Of a DNA stretch of 64,000 nucleotides, positions 35,819 to 45,571 are shown one piece after another (the stretch's first letter is position 1; the number at the start of each line of letters is the position of its first letter). The notes below the pieces were generated by a model, which was given only the letters and a program-made list of their open reading frames with translations, did no database searches and had not been told where the DNA came from. Origin of the DNA: an uncultured Gemmatimonadales bacterium (lineage in GTDB: Bacteria; Gemmatimonadota; Gemmatimonadetes; Longimicrobiales; RSA9); contig CAWCRS010000007.1 in NCBI GenBank assembly GCA_963798085.1, forward strand, positions 1,632,001 through 1,696,000. Reading direction: 5' to 3'. Both the position numbers and the translations under genes were made by a program.

Positions 35819-36484
35819 CTACCGGCGGTCTCGTGTGGCTTCGAGCTCGCTTCGCAGGATATTCATGACCTGGTCCGCGGCGGCCGGGACCGCGGCGCGG
35901 TTGGCGGCGCCGCGAAGCGTGGGCAGCGCGAGCGGCGGCAGGATCCGGATCCGGACCGGCGACGGCCGCAGGCTGCCCCACCGTGGCCAGGCGTCGTAGC
36001 TGCCTGTTATGACCACCGGGACTATGGGCACGCCGGCGCGGAGCAGCAAGCGCACGGTGCCTCGGCGCGGGGCCTGGAGGCGGGCGTTCCAGGAGCGTTC
36101 GCCTTCGATGTAGATGACCACCGGCCGGCCTTCGCGGATCAGGCGCAGCGTGGTACGAACGGCCGGCGGATCGACCTGGTACCGGCGAGCTGGAAAGGCA
36201 CAGAGTCGTCGCATCATCGACCCGATCACGGGCACACTGAACTGGGTGCTCTTGGCCATGGCGTAGATGGGGCGCCGCATGAAGGACTGGAGCAGTATGG
36301 GGTCGAGCACCGACTGGTGATTGGCCACCATGATGAACGCACCTGCCGGCAGGTTCTCCTCGCCTTCGAGGTGCACGCTGGACCGAAGCCGCCAGAGTAT
36401 TCGTGTCAGGGCCTGGATGAACTGGTAGAACGGCCTGGCCGGTAGTGTTGACTCGCTTCCGCGAAGCTCCTCGGGCGGGGTCAC
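35819..36484 (-). CDS. Lysophospholipid acyltransferase (PlsC-like)
   Basis: NHQSVLD (HX4D), AKS and YIEGERS motifs; GTG start overlaps the upstream stop. Confidence 0.88.
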   Translation of the reverse strand: MTPPEELRGSESTLPARPFYQFIQALTRILWRLRSSVHLEGEENLPAGAFIMVANHQSVLDPILLQSFMRRPIYAMAKSTQFSVPVIGSMMRRLCAFPARRYQVDPPAVRTTLRLIREGRPVVIYIEGERSWNARLQAPRRGTVRLLLRAGVPIVPVVITGSYDAWPRWGSLRPSPVRIRILPPLALPTLRGAANRAAVPAAADQVMNILRSELEATRDRR

Positions 36485-37080
36485 AGCGCCACGATCCGAG
36501 GCTGGAATTCGGCCACACGTCCCCGGCCCAGCAGTGCCCAGCGTTCGCGCACGTAGCGCTGCAGCAGGGCCTCCCAGCGGCGCACCGAGTCGCCGAGGAA
36601 ACGAATGGAGACGAGGCCGTCCGCGTGATTCAGCTGCAGCGTCTTCGAGCTTGGCTGAATTGCAGTCAGTGTCTCCAGCGGCCAGTCGAACGCGTCTTCC
36701 GTGCGCGTCTCGATCAGGAAGCGTTCTGGGTCGAGGCTGAGTCTGGCGGCGTGGACTTGTCCGAAGCGTTCGGCGAACCCCATGAGCCGGCCACGATCGA
36801 ATACAGGCTCGGCGGGCATGGCCCAGCAAATGATGGCTGGTTGCGGGCCCAACTGACCGCCTTGCGGCGGCTCGTCGAGCTGGGGCAGCCGGGACTCCCA
36901 TTCGGCTGCGGTCAGGAGTTCAGGCGGCCGATCAGCCAGTTCACCCCGGATGGATGCGCCTGCAGCGCGGCGGAAGCGCGCACCACAGCCCGTACACGCT
37001 TCGTCGCCTCGCTTCCCCACCGTGATCGAGCCGAAGCGGCGACAGTAGGGGCACGCCCAGAGGAGATCGCGAATCGCCAC
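36481..37080 (-). CDS. Hypothetical zinc-ribbon protein
   Basis: LLWACPYC...ACTGCG; translationally coupled to the acyltransferase. Confidence 0.7.
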   Translation of the reverse strand: MAIRDLLWACPYCRRFGSITVGKRGDEACTGCGARFRRAAGASIRGELADRPPELLTAAEWESRLPQLDEPPQGGQLGPQPAIICWAMPAEPVFDRGRLMGFAERFGQVHAARLSLDPERFLIETRTEDAFDWPLETLTAIQPSSKTLQLNHADGLVSIRFLGDSVRRWEALLQRYVRERWALLGRGRVAEFQPRIVAL

Positions 37081-37098
37081 GGCGACGGCGGGTTCGAA

Positions 37099-37837
37099 TC
37101 AGAGTCTGCCGAAAAGCGACAGCAGGCGCAGCTTCCACACTTTCCAGACTGCTTCGCGAATGATGCGCCGTGACATTCTTGGACACGCCTGACGTCCGGT
37201 CCGTGAACACAATGGGGACCTCGATGATGCGAGCGCCCCTCTTCCATGCACGAAGCGTCATCTCGATCTGGAATGCGTAGCCTTCGGATTCGACCTTGGT
37301 CAGGTCGACTGCTTCGAGCGCCGTGCGGCGGAACGCCTTGTACCCGCTGGTTACGTCGGCAATGGGCAGGCCGGTGATGCGTCGTGCGTAGGCATTGGCG
37401 AACCAGGACAGGAGCAGCCTTCCCATCGGCCAGTTCACCACTGTCACGCGACCCTCCAGGTAGCGCGATCCGAGGACGACATCGTGTGTGCGCAGTGCTT
37501 CAATGAAGCGTGGCAGGTGTGCGGGATCGTGTGAGAAGTCGGCATCCATCTCGAAGAGCCACTCGTAGCCGCGCTCGATGCCCCAGCGGAAGCCCGCAAT
37601 GTACGCGGTGCCCAGGCCGAGCTTGCCGGCGCGGTGCATCACGTGTACGCGACTCTCGTGCGCAGCGATGGCATTCGCCAGGTCGCCGGTCCCGTCGGGA
37701 GAAGCGTCGTCAATGATCAGCACATCGAGTCGCGCGTCGCGTTGCAGAATGGCCGGCACGAGTCGAGGCAGGTTGTCGCGCTCGTTGTACGTCGGAGTGA
37801 TCACGAGACCGCGTCCCGCGCCCGGCGGCTCGGTCAC
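37099..37837 (-). CDS. Polyprenol-phosphate glycosyl (mannosyl) transferase, Dpm1-like GT2 (frameshift near 37177)
   Basis: PTYNERDN, DDASPDGT, MDADFSH, GYAFQIE; shifted frame ends SKMSRRIIREAVWKVWKLR. Confidence 0.88.
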
Positions 37838-38856
37838 GCCCCCTCCGCGGTGCGCCCGCCGTCCGCGGCGCTTTGCGCCACGGGGCTCGTCTCACCCCCG
37901 CCCCGAGGGCCCGGGAGCAGGGGGATCAGCAGGAGTGGCAGCAGTTCGCCGGCGGTGAACCACACGCGGGATAGTACGGAGATCAGGACCGCGGCCTCGA
38001 TGGGAAAGCCGGGCAGCGCTGATAACAGCCCTGTCATTGAGAGCTCACGTACGCCCAGTCCCGCCGGCGCCACGAGCACGAGATAACCGGCGAGGTAGGA
38101 AGCGGCGACGGTGCCGGCGAGTTGCCGCACGCTGAGCAGCGATCCGGGCACGAAGGCCGTCGCGAACAGCGAGAACGCGAGCCCGAGCAGGATCCATGAA
38201 GCGCCGTAGCCGACGGCCCAGCGGATCGCGTCGCGACCGCGCAGGTTTTCTGCGAGAGCGAGTGCGGTACCCAGGCGAGCGTTCGCGCGCTGGCCCAGTC
38301 GCGCACGGATCCACGCTCTCGCCTTGTGCCCCGCGGGTGTCGCCGTGAGCAGCCAGATCGCGCCCGCTCCGGCAACCAGCACGAAGCCCAGCACGTGCAG
38401 CCGGAGTCCGCTCACGAAGTCCGGCAGCAGGACGGCGACGAAGAGCATGCCGGTTGCGAGGAACCCGAATTGTCCGAGCAATGCTGCGGCGGTTGCTCCC
38501 GTGGGCGACATGCCCGCGCGCGATGCGAGCACAGCGAATCCAGCGAGCTGCCAGAGCTTGCCGGGTATGTAGCGGCCCAGGCTGGCAATGAAGTAGATGC
38601 GCATTGTGGTGCGCGGATCGGGCCGCCCCACATCGAGGTCGATGGTGATGCGCCGCCACAGGAACGCGTGGATCAGATAGAAACCCAGCAGCGCGATGAG
38701 CGAGAGCAGCAGCGGCAGCGGTGCCGGCTTCCAGCGCTGCAGGTCGGACCAGCTCAGCGTACCCAGCTGTGGCGCCAGCAGTCGATACAGTCCGTAGAGG
38801 ATGGCCGCGAAGAGAACAGCCTGAAGAACGCGCCACAGCACGGTTCGACCGTTCAC
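37834..38856 (-). CDS. Lysylphosphatidylglycerol-synthase-TM/UPF0104 flippase-like membrane protein
   Basis: Multi-TM; LGRYIPGKLW and APAGLGVRE motifs. Confidence 0.85.
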   Translation of the reverse strand: MNGRTVLWRVLQAVLFAAILYGLYRLLAPQLGTLSWSDLQRWKPAPLPLLLSLIALLGFYLIHAFLWRRITIDLDVGRPDPRTTMRIYFIASLGRYIPGKLWQLAGFAVLASRAGMSPTGATAAALLGQFGFLATGMLFVAVLLPDFVSGLRLHVLGFVLVAGAGAIWLLTATPAGHKARAWIRARLGQRANARLGTALALAENLRGRDAIRWAVGYGASWILLGLAFSLFATAFVPGSLLSVRQLAGTVAASYLAGYLVLVAPAGLGVRELSMTGLLSALPGFPIEAAVLISVLSRVWFTAGELLPLLLIPLLPGPRGGGETSPVAQSAADGGRTAEGA

Positions 38857-39566
38857 AATCCTGTCTCCTTGGCCACCAGTCCGATGCGCCGGCGCAGGAG
38901 CGGCAGCCAGCGGCCGAATGCGCGCTCGAGCAGGTTCCAGCCCGGTATGTGCGAGGGCAGCGGTTTCAGAGCGACGACGCGCAGTCCCGATGCGTTCACC
39001 GCGTCCACGATTTCCTGCTCGTTGCGCATGCCAATGTGTGAAGGATCGGCGTCGTGAAGAACCTGACGTTCGCGCAGGCGCTCGAACAGGTGCGAGCGGT
39101 TGGGCGTGTAGATGACGAGTGAACCAGCCGGTCGCAACGTGCGACGCACCTCGCGCAGGACGCGGCCCAGGGTGACGTCATCCAGGTGCTCCGTGAGGTC
39201 TGCCATCACCACGATGTCGACCGAGCGTGAGCGAATCGGGAGTTCTGCGCCATCCGCGCGCACGAAGGATACGGTGACGGTCTCGGCGGCGGCCACCCGC
39301 CGGGCCGCTGCCAGCGCGGCCGGCGCCATGTCGATGCCGGTGGCGTAGGCGCCGCGCTGGCTCGCCTCCATGGCGAACGTGCCCATGCCGGTGCCCAGGT
39401 CCACGAAGCGCCGGCCGGCGAGTGCCGGCAGCAATGACAGCACGTTAGCCACACGCCGGCGAGCGAAGCGCGTGCGTTTGCGGTAACGCGCGGCGAGGTC
39501 GGCGAAATAGGCCTCGTCGTATCGGCCCGCGACATCGTAGGCGGTGAGGCCGCTGTCGTTGCTCAC
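38853..39566 (-). CDS. Class I SAM-dependent methyltransferase
   Basis: VDLGTGMG, DLTEHL, LRPAGSLVIYTPN. Confidence 0.88.
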   Translation of the reverse strand: MSNDSGLTAYDVAGRYDEAYFADLAARYRKRTRFARRRVANVLSLLPALAGRRFVDLGTGMGTFAMEASQRGAYATGIDMAPAALAAARRVAAAETVTVSFVRADGAELPIRSRSVDIVVMADLTEHLDDVTLGRVLREVRRTLRPAGSLVIYTPNRSHLFERLRERQVLHDADPSHIGMRNEQEIVDAVNASGLRVVALKPLPSHIPGWNLLERAFGRWLPLLRRRIGLVAKETGL

Positions 39567-42043
39567 GCTTCCGCCCGGGCTCCCCTTCCCTGCCGCAGTC
39601 CGGTCGCGCTGATGCCCAGAAGCAGCAGCAGTGTCACGACGGACACCCACGCCGAGTTGCGCAGACTCGCGCTCTCATAATACAGCCGCACCTGGTGCTG
39701 ACCCGCTGTTATCGGCACGGCGCGGAACGTGTAGTTCGCGCGCAGCAGAGGCGAGGCCGCGCCATCGACCTCGGCGTGCCAGGCGGGATAGTAGTTTTCG
39801 CTGATCACCAGCAGTGCCGGCCGGTCCGTAGTCACATTCAGTGTGTAGTGATCGTCCGCGCGCTCGCCCCAGCGCACCTCGCCCTGCGGATCGGGCTGCG
39901 CGCTGATACCTGCGGGCAGTGCCTCGGGCAGCAGCACAGTGTGGCCTGCATCGAAGTTCTCCGCGAGCAGGCTGTCCACCGCATTCGCATCGGGCACCAC
40001 GCGCACGTCGCCGGCCAGGTACGCGCGCGGCAGCACCGTCGAGTCGCGATACACAATGGCCCGCGCACTGGCGTACACTTCATCGTAGCCCGGTATCTGC
40101 AGCCGCTGCGGCGCCGGCGAAACCAGGTATTCGACATTGGCCAGCCGCAGCAGGCGCAGGCGTGAGGACAGCACGCTGGGTGCTGGATCCGCACCCCCCA
40201 TGAGGTCCCGGTAACGGCCCATTTCGTTGCCGTGGTGTCCGGTCAGCTCCTCCAGGCCGTGGATGGCGAAGACATTCGGACGGTACGTCTGCTGGCCTGC
40301 GGTCCAGCCGATGTCGTGCACGCGGAACACGTCGTGGGTCGCGGCCTGCTGCAGGAAGCGGATGGCGTCGTCCGGCTGCAGTGTCGTGCCGTCCTGGCTG
40401 AAGTCGTATGCGTCCATGAGCACGGTGGCGCGCACGAACGGCCGGTCCACGCGATAGAGGTCGAGTGCCGCCAGCAGGCAGAAGGCGATGAGCGCGTCAC
40501 GCGCGCCCACGAAACCGCGCGAGACCGCTTCCCACGTGGCGGCCACCAGCGTGGCCAGGACGCAGGACAGCCAGAATCCCAACCGGATGTTAGGGAGGTT
40601 CTCGTTCAGCGCCTGGATCTGCCTCGGCTCGAGTTCGGTGAGCGACTGCCAGACATTGGTGATCAGGTTGCCGGACTGCGCCAGCGCCAGCACCAGGAAG
40701 ACGCCGGCGCTGATCCAGAGTGCGCGGCGTACGAAGGCGGTGTGCTCCTGCGTCGTCGCCCAGTCCAGCATGCGCTGCACGGCCATCGCGCCCAGGGTGG
40801 CGATGCTGAGACCGTAGAGAAAAATGATGATGGACGGTGCGCGGAAGAGCTTGACGCCGGGAATCAGGTAGAACAGGTGGAAGAAAGGTGTGGTCGCACC
40901 CAGCGCGTACAGCAGCGCGAGGCCGCCCATGGTGACGAAGAACCAGGTTTCCGCGCGCCGCCGCCGGATCAGCAGCAGTGGCAGCAGCAGCAGCGGCACC
41001 AGCCCGGCGTACTCGTGATTCAGCTTGAAGCCGTTGCGTCCCCAGTAGGTGTTGCCGGAGCGCACCTCTGTCGGGGCATTGTCGCCGATGAACTCGGGCA
41101 CGACCAGGGAGACCGCTTCTTCCGCGTGCAGCGAATAGGTGGCCGAGTACAGGTAGGCCTGCTCGCCGCTGGCCTGCACGGTCTTCTCTGCGCGGTGCGA
41201 CCAGTTGCGCAGGTACTCGAGCGGCGGCACCACCTGCGCGGCCGCGGCGGTCACGCCCAGGGTCCCGGCCAGCGCGAACAGGCCGAACAGTCGCAGCGCC
41301 GGTCCCGCCTGTCGGTCGGCGCGCCAGATCTGCGCCATGCGGAAGAAGAAATACCCGGTTATCCCCCACACCAGGAAGTACGCGCACTGCATGTGCGACG
41401 TGAACATGACCAGCGCGATGCCGAGTGCGAACAGCGCGAAGTCGGCCAGCCCCCGCCGGCGCATGCAGCGCTCCAGCAGCCAGAAGACGAGGGGTGCGAG
41501 TGCGGAAACAAAGAGTTTGCCATCGCCCCCGGGGAACACCAGGCTGACCAGGTCGGCGCCCATCATGTAGACCAGTCCACCGAACAGCGCCGGTCCGCGG
41601 CGCAGTCCCAGTCCGCGCAGCCACAGGTACGTGAACAGACCCGCCGCGTACACGTGCAGGATCATCTTCCAGTCCCAGAGCGCGCGCGTGCTCAGCGGGA
41701 AGAGCGCGAGGGTGGGCGGGTAGAAGATGTCGCCGTGCATGCCATCGACGAAGGGAATGCCGCCGAACAGCAGCGGGTCCCAGAGTGGAAATCGATGCTG
41801 CGTGTGGATGTAGTGGGTGTAGAAGTCGCGCGCGAAATAGCTGAGTGCGAGCGTGTCGTTGCCGAGCAGGTGGCCGCCGGAGAAGAACACCTCGTGGAAC
41901 AGTGCCAGTACGGCGACTGCGTAGATCACGGGCGGCGCCCAGCCGGGCAGCGCAGCGCCCGCTGCGCGTGATGCGGACGAGCGCGCGGCAGCCCTGCGGG
42001 TGGTGGATGCCGAACCGGTTCGGGCCGGCGGTCGCCTGGGCAC
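39563..42043 (-). CDS. YfhO-like GT-C fold membrane glycosyltransferase
   Basis: FPLWDPLLFGGIPF, FYP, many TMs, FRAP, LPRAY, ENYYPAW, RANYTFRAV. Confidence 0.85.
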   Translation of the reverse strand: MPRRPPARTGSASTTRRAAARSSASRAAGAALPGWAPPVIYAVAVLALFHEVFFSGGHLLGNDTLALSYFARDFYTHYIHTQHRFPLWDPLLFGGIPFVDGMHGDIFYPPTLALFPLSTRALWDWKMILHVYAAGLFTYLWLRGLGLRRGPALFGGLVYMMGADLVSLVFPGGDGKLFVSALAPLVFWLLERCMRRRGLADFALFALGIALVMFTSHMQCAYFLVWGITGYFFFRMAQIWRADRQAGPALRLFGLFALAGTLGVTAAAAQVVPPLEYLRNWSHRAEKTVQASGEQAYLYSATYSLHAEEAVSLVVPEFIGDNAPTEVRSGNTYWGRNGFKLNHEYAGLVPLLLLPLLLIRRRRAETWFFVTMGGLALLYALGATTPFFHLFYLIPGVKLFRAPSIIIFLYGLSIATLGAMAVQRMLDWATTQEHTAFVRRALWISAGVFLVLALAQSGNLITNVWQSLTELEPRQIQALNENLPNIRLGFWLSCVLATLVAATWEAVSRGFVGARDALIAFCLLAALDLYRVDRPFVRATVLMDAYDFSQDGTTLQPDDAIRFLQQAATHDVFRVHDIGWTAGQQTYRPNVFAIHGLEELTGHHGNEMGRYRDLMGGADPAPSVLSSRLRLLRLANVEYLVSPAPQRLQIPGYDEVYASARAIVYRDSTVLPRAYLAGDVRVVPDANAVDSLLAENFDAGHTVLLPEALPAGISAQPDPQGEVRWGERADDHYTLNVTTDRPALLVISENYYPAWHAEVDGAASPLLRANYTFRAVPITAGQHQVRLYYESASLRNSAWVSVVTLLLLLGISATGLRQGRGARAEA

Positions 42044-42045
42044 GA

Positions 42046-43158
42046 TCAGTTTCTCCTCTCGGCCAGCAAAGTCTCGTAGATCTCGACGTGGCGCTTCGCC
42101 AGTCGCTCCAGGCTCCATTGGCGCACCACGCGCTCGCGGGCGCGTGCGCCCATCGCCGCGCGATCGCTGCGGCGCAGCAGCACGAGCAGCGCGCTGGCCA
42201 GGCTTTCGGGCTGTGCCGGCTCGAACAGCACGCCTGCCTCGTCATCGACGATCTCGGGCAGGCCGCCCACGCGTGACGCGGCCACGGGACGCTCGCAGCT
42301 CATGGCTTCCAGCGCGGCCACGCTCGTCGCCTCCATCAATGACGGGATCACGGCTGCATCGGCCGAAGCCAGCAGCCCTGGCATCTCCGTGTTAGGCCGA
42401 GCGCCCAGGAACTGCACGTGCTCCGCCACGCCCAGCTCGGCGGCGAGCGCCTCGAGCTGCGCGCGCAGCGGCCCATCGCCTACGATCAGTGCATCGACAT
42501 CCGCTTCCGCGCGCAGCAGCGGCATGGCACGCACGAAGTACTCGACGCCGTTCTTCTCGAAGAGCCGCCGCGGCACGATCACGCGGTACGCGCCGTCCCG
42601 GCGAGGCAGTGCGGGCGACACGGCGCGAAACATGGACGTATCCACACCGTTCGTGACCGACTCGGCGCGCGGGTGCGGGTAGAGACCGAGGGCAACGTCG
42701 CGGATCTCCTCGCTGGCCGCCAGCAGCCAGTCCGCCGCGCGTATAATGCGGCGCAGCACCGGCTGCCAGAGCGGCTTCCTGGCCAGTCGCAGAAAGTGCG
42801 ACGTGTGCAGCGTCATGACCATGGGCTTGTGGTACCTCGCCCGCGCCATCATGGCCGGCGGTCCGGACGCGAAATCCTGCACGTGCAGCATGTCGGCTTT
42901 GCGCGCCACCGGCAGATACGTCGGGATCGACGCCATGGTGTGCACGCTCCAGCCCAGCGTGTTGCGGGCCGGGAACCAGGTGCGGATCACGCGAATGCCT
43001 TCCATGGTCTCGTGCGCCGGCACGCCCGGCTTCGAGCGCGAGGTGACCATGGTGACTTCATGGCCCATGCGCACCAGCTCGCGGCACAGGTAGTAGACGT
43101 GACTCTCGAGACCGCCCACCTCGGGCGGAAAGTACATGCACTGCTGCAGCACCTTCAC
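42046..43158 (-). CDS. Glycosyltransferase family 4
   Basis: YFPPEVGGLE, NGVD, PSLMEATSVAALEAM (EX7E), SRVGGLPEIV. Confidence 0.92.
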   Translation of the reverse strand: MKVLQQCMYFPPEVGGLESHVYYLCRELVRMGHEVTMVTSRSKPGVPAHETMEGIRVIRTWFPARNTLGWSVHTMASIPTYLPVARKADMLHVQDFASGPPAMMARARYHKPMVMTLHTSHFLRLARKPLWQPVLRRIIRAADWLLAASEEIRDVALGLYPHPRAESVTNGVDTSMFRAVSPALPRRDGAYRVIVPRRLFEKNGVEYFVRAMPLLRAEADVDALIVGDGPLRAQLEALAAELGVAEHVQFLGARPNTEMPGLLASADAAVIPSLMEATSVAALEAMSCERPVAASRVGGLPEIVDDEAGVLFEPAQPESLASALLVLLRRSDRAAMGARARERVVRQWSLERLAKRHVEIYETLLAERRN

Positions 43159-44452
43159 GAGGGTCCTTCCCAGTCCAGCGTCCGTCGCGGCGGGCCGGCA
43201 AGCTCGTGAATCACGATGTCGGCAATACGTTCGCCAGCCAGGCCATCGCCGTACGGGTTGGGATAGCGTGTGAGCGTCTGCATGCGTGCCCGCGCGACGC
43301 CTGCTGACAGATCCTCCTCGATCTGCACCGTAGTGTGTCGGCCGGGCAGTGGTTTTCCCTCTGGTGCAGGAGTCCCGAGGCTGGGCGCCGTTTCGCTTTC
43401 GTGCAGTGCGACGAGCGCGCGCCAGCCGCCGCCGTCCAGCACGGCCGTGCCGCAGCGCTCGATGGCGTCCGCATCGGTACCGACGAGCCGGGCGATGCCG
43501 AGCTGTGTGGCCTCCGGCCGTTCCGTGACTTCGCGCATCACCAGCACGGGCTTCTGGAAGGTTGGCGCCTCCTCCTGGATGCCGCCGGAGTCTGTGAGGA
43601 TCAGCTCAGCGTGCTGCAGTGCGGTGACCATGTCGCGGTACCCGAGCGGCTCGGTCAGGCGGATGCGCGCGTGTCCGCCCAGCACTTCCCGGGCGGCGGC
43701 AATGACGTTCGGATTGGGGTGCACCGGGTAGAGGAAGTGCACGTCATCGAAGGCATCGGCCAGCCGGCGGATGCCGCGGAACGCCTGGCGCAGCGGCTCG
43801 CCGAACGATTCGCGGCGGTGTGCCGTGACCAGCACCAGGCGTTGTCCAGCCGCACAATTTCCCTTAACTCAGCGTTATCGGGCGGGTGCGGCTGCGCGCT
43901 GATGGCCAGCAGTGCATCGACCACGGTGTTGCCGGTCACGTGGACGCTGTCCGGTGGCACGCCTTCGGCGAGCAGGTTGGCGCGCGCGGCGGTGGTGGGC
44001 GCGAAATGCAGGTCCGCGACCACGCCCGTCAGGCGGCGGAAGATCTCCTCCGGCCAGGGCCGCCATTTGTCGCGGCTGCGCAGGCCCGCCTCGACGTGAC
44101 CCACGCGGCGCCTTTCATAGAACGCGGTGAGCCCGGCCACGAACACGGATGCGGTATCGCCTTCGACCAGGATCATGTCGGGCTGGTGCCGGCGCACGAT
44201 GTCGCGCAGTCCGGTAAGGCAGCGCGTCGTCACATCGTACAGGTCCTGGCCTTCGCGCATGATCTCGAGGTCGTCGTCCGGCTGTATGCGGAAGACTTCG
44301 AGCACCTGGTCGAGCAGCTCGTTGTGCTGTCCCGTGAGCGCGACGCGCGTATCCACGTCGCTGGCGCGCTGTCGCAGTGCCCGAATGACGGGGGCCAGCT
44401 TGATGCCTTCGGGGCGCGTCCCGATCACCACGAGCACTCGAGGCAGGGACAT
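43155..44452 (-). CDS. wecB: UDP-N-acetylglucosamine 2-epimerase (frameshift near 43840)
   Basis: GTRPEGIK, TGQH, HVEAGLRS, TAHRRES, TDSGGIQEE, NPYGDG. Confidence 0.93.
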
Positions 44453-44464
44453 GTGTGCGTGGAA

Positions 44465-45571
44465 TCAGCGGGAGTCGCGCCCGCCATTGTGCGACCGGTC
44501 GCGCTCTTCGAGCCGGCGCTCCATTTCGTCCAGCTCGGAATGCAGCTGCTCGAGGCGGCGCTCCACCACATCCACCTCCGAGCGCAGTTGCGCGACCAGC
44601 TCGCCCAGGATGCCGAAGCCGAACAGCAGGAAGCCGAGCACTTCGAGCAGGATCACGAGGTAGAGCAGCGGCCGGAAACCGAAGGGCGGCATGGCGTGGA
44701 TGACGCGGAGCACAATGGTGACGAGGCCGGTGACCACGCCCAGTCCAGCCAGTGACAGCCCGGTGATGCCGAAGAACAGCAGCGGTTTGCGAGCGAAGAA
44801 GAGGAAGAAGGCCACCGACACGAGGTCCAGCAGCCCCACCAGGATGCGGCTGCGTCCCGAGTATTTCGGCACGCCGTGCCGGCGCGGCAGCAGCGTGATG
44901 TCGATTTCCGTGATGGTGAAGCCGCGTGCGTATGCCAGCACGACGAAGAAGCGGTGCCAGTCGTGGCGCAGGCGGACCTCCTCAATGATCTCGCGGCGGA
45001 ACGCCTTCATCGAGTTGGTATCGGACACCGGGATCTTGAAGATCGCGCGGCTGAGACGGTTGTAGATCGAGGACACGATGCGCTTCTCGTATTGTCCGAT
45101 CTTGCGGCCGGTCACGATATCCCAGCCCTCGTCGAGCTTGGCGAGGAAGCGCGGGATCTCGTCCACGCTGTGCTGCAGATCGGCATCGAACAGCACGAGC
45201 CATTGCGCGTCTGTGGCGAGCGCGCCTGTCACCATGGCTTCGGTCTTGCCGAAGTTGCGGCGGTGGCGCACGACGCGCAGGTGATCCCATCCCTGGCTGG
45301 CCTGACGCGCGCGTTCCGCAGTGCCGTCACGGGAGCCGTCGTCCACGATGATGACTTCGCCGGACAGCTCGTAGCGCGCGAACATGTCGCGCAGCTCGCG
45401 CACGAGGTCGTCCATGTTGTCCGCCTCATCGAAGGCGGGGACGATCACAGCGAAGTCATGCTTGATCCCGGTGGAGAGGTGCAGCGGCGCAGCGGGTTCG
45501 GGCAGCGCGGCTTCGGGGGCGCCGCGCACGGCGGTCACGCCACCGCGGGCTGCGGCGCCCGTTTCAGACAC
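44465..45571 (-). CDS. ArnC/GtrB-like GT2 (undecaprenyl-phosphate glycosyltransferase)
   Basis: DDGSRDGT, RNFGK, DADLQ, two C-terminal TMs, GILGELV. Confidence 0.88.
   Translation of the reverse strand: MSETGAAARGGVTAVRGAPEAALPEPAAPLHLSTGIKHDFAVIVPAFDEADNMDDLVRELRDMFARYELSGEVIIVDDGSRDGTAERARQASQGWDHLRVVRHRRNFGKTEAMVTGALATDAQWLVLFDADLQHSVDEIPRFLAKLDEGWDIVTGRKIGQYEKRIVSSIYNRLSRAIFKIPVSDTNSMKAFRREIIEEVRLRHDWHRFFVVLAYARGFTITEIDITLLPRRHGVPKYSGRSRILVGLLDLVSVAFFLFFARKPLLFFGITGLSLAGLGVVTGLVTIVLRVIHAMPPFGFRPLLYLVILLEVLGFLLFGFGILGELVAQLRSEVDVVERRLEQLHSELDEMERRLEERDRSHNGGRDSR

Noticed and set aside
15995..37100. tRNA-anchored integrative element
   Set aside because: No integrase and no duplicated tRNA 3' end seen; GGTTCGAATC at 37091 is only 10 bp and lies within a housekeeping operon
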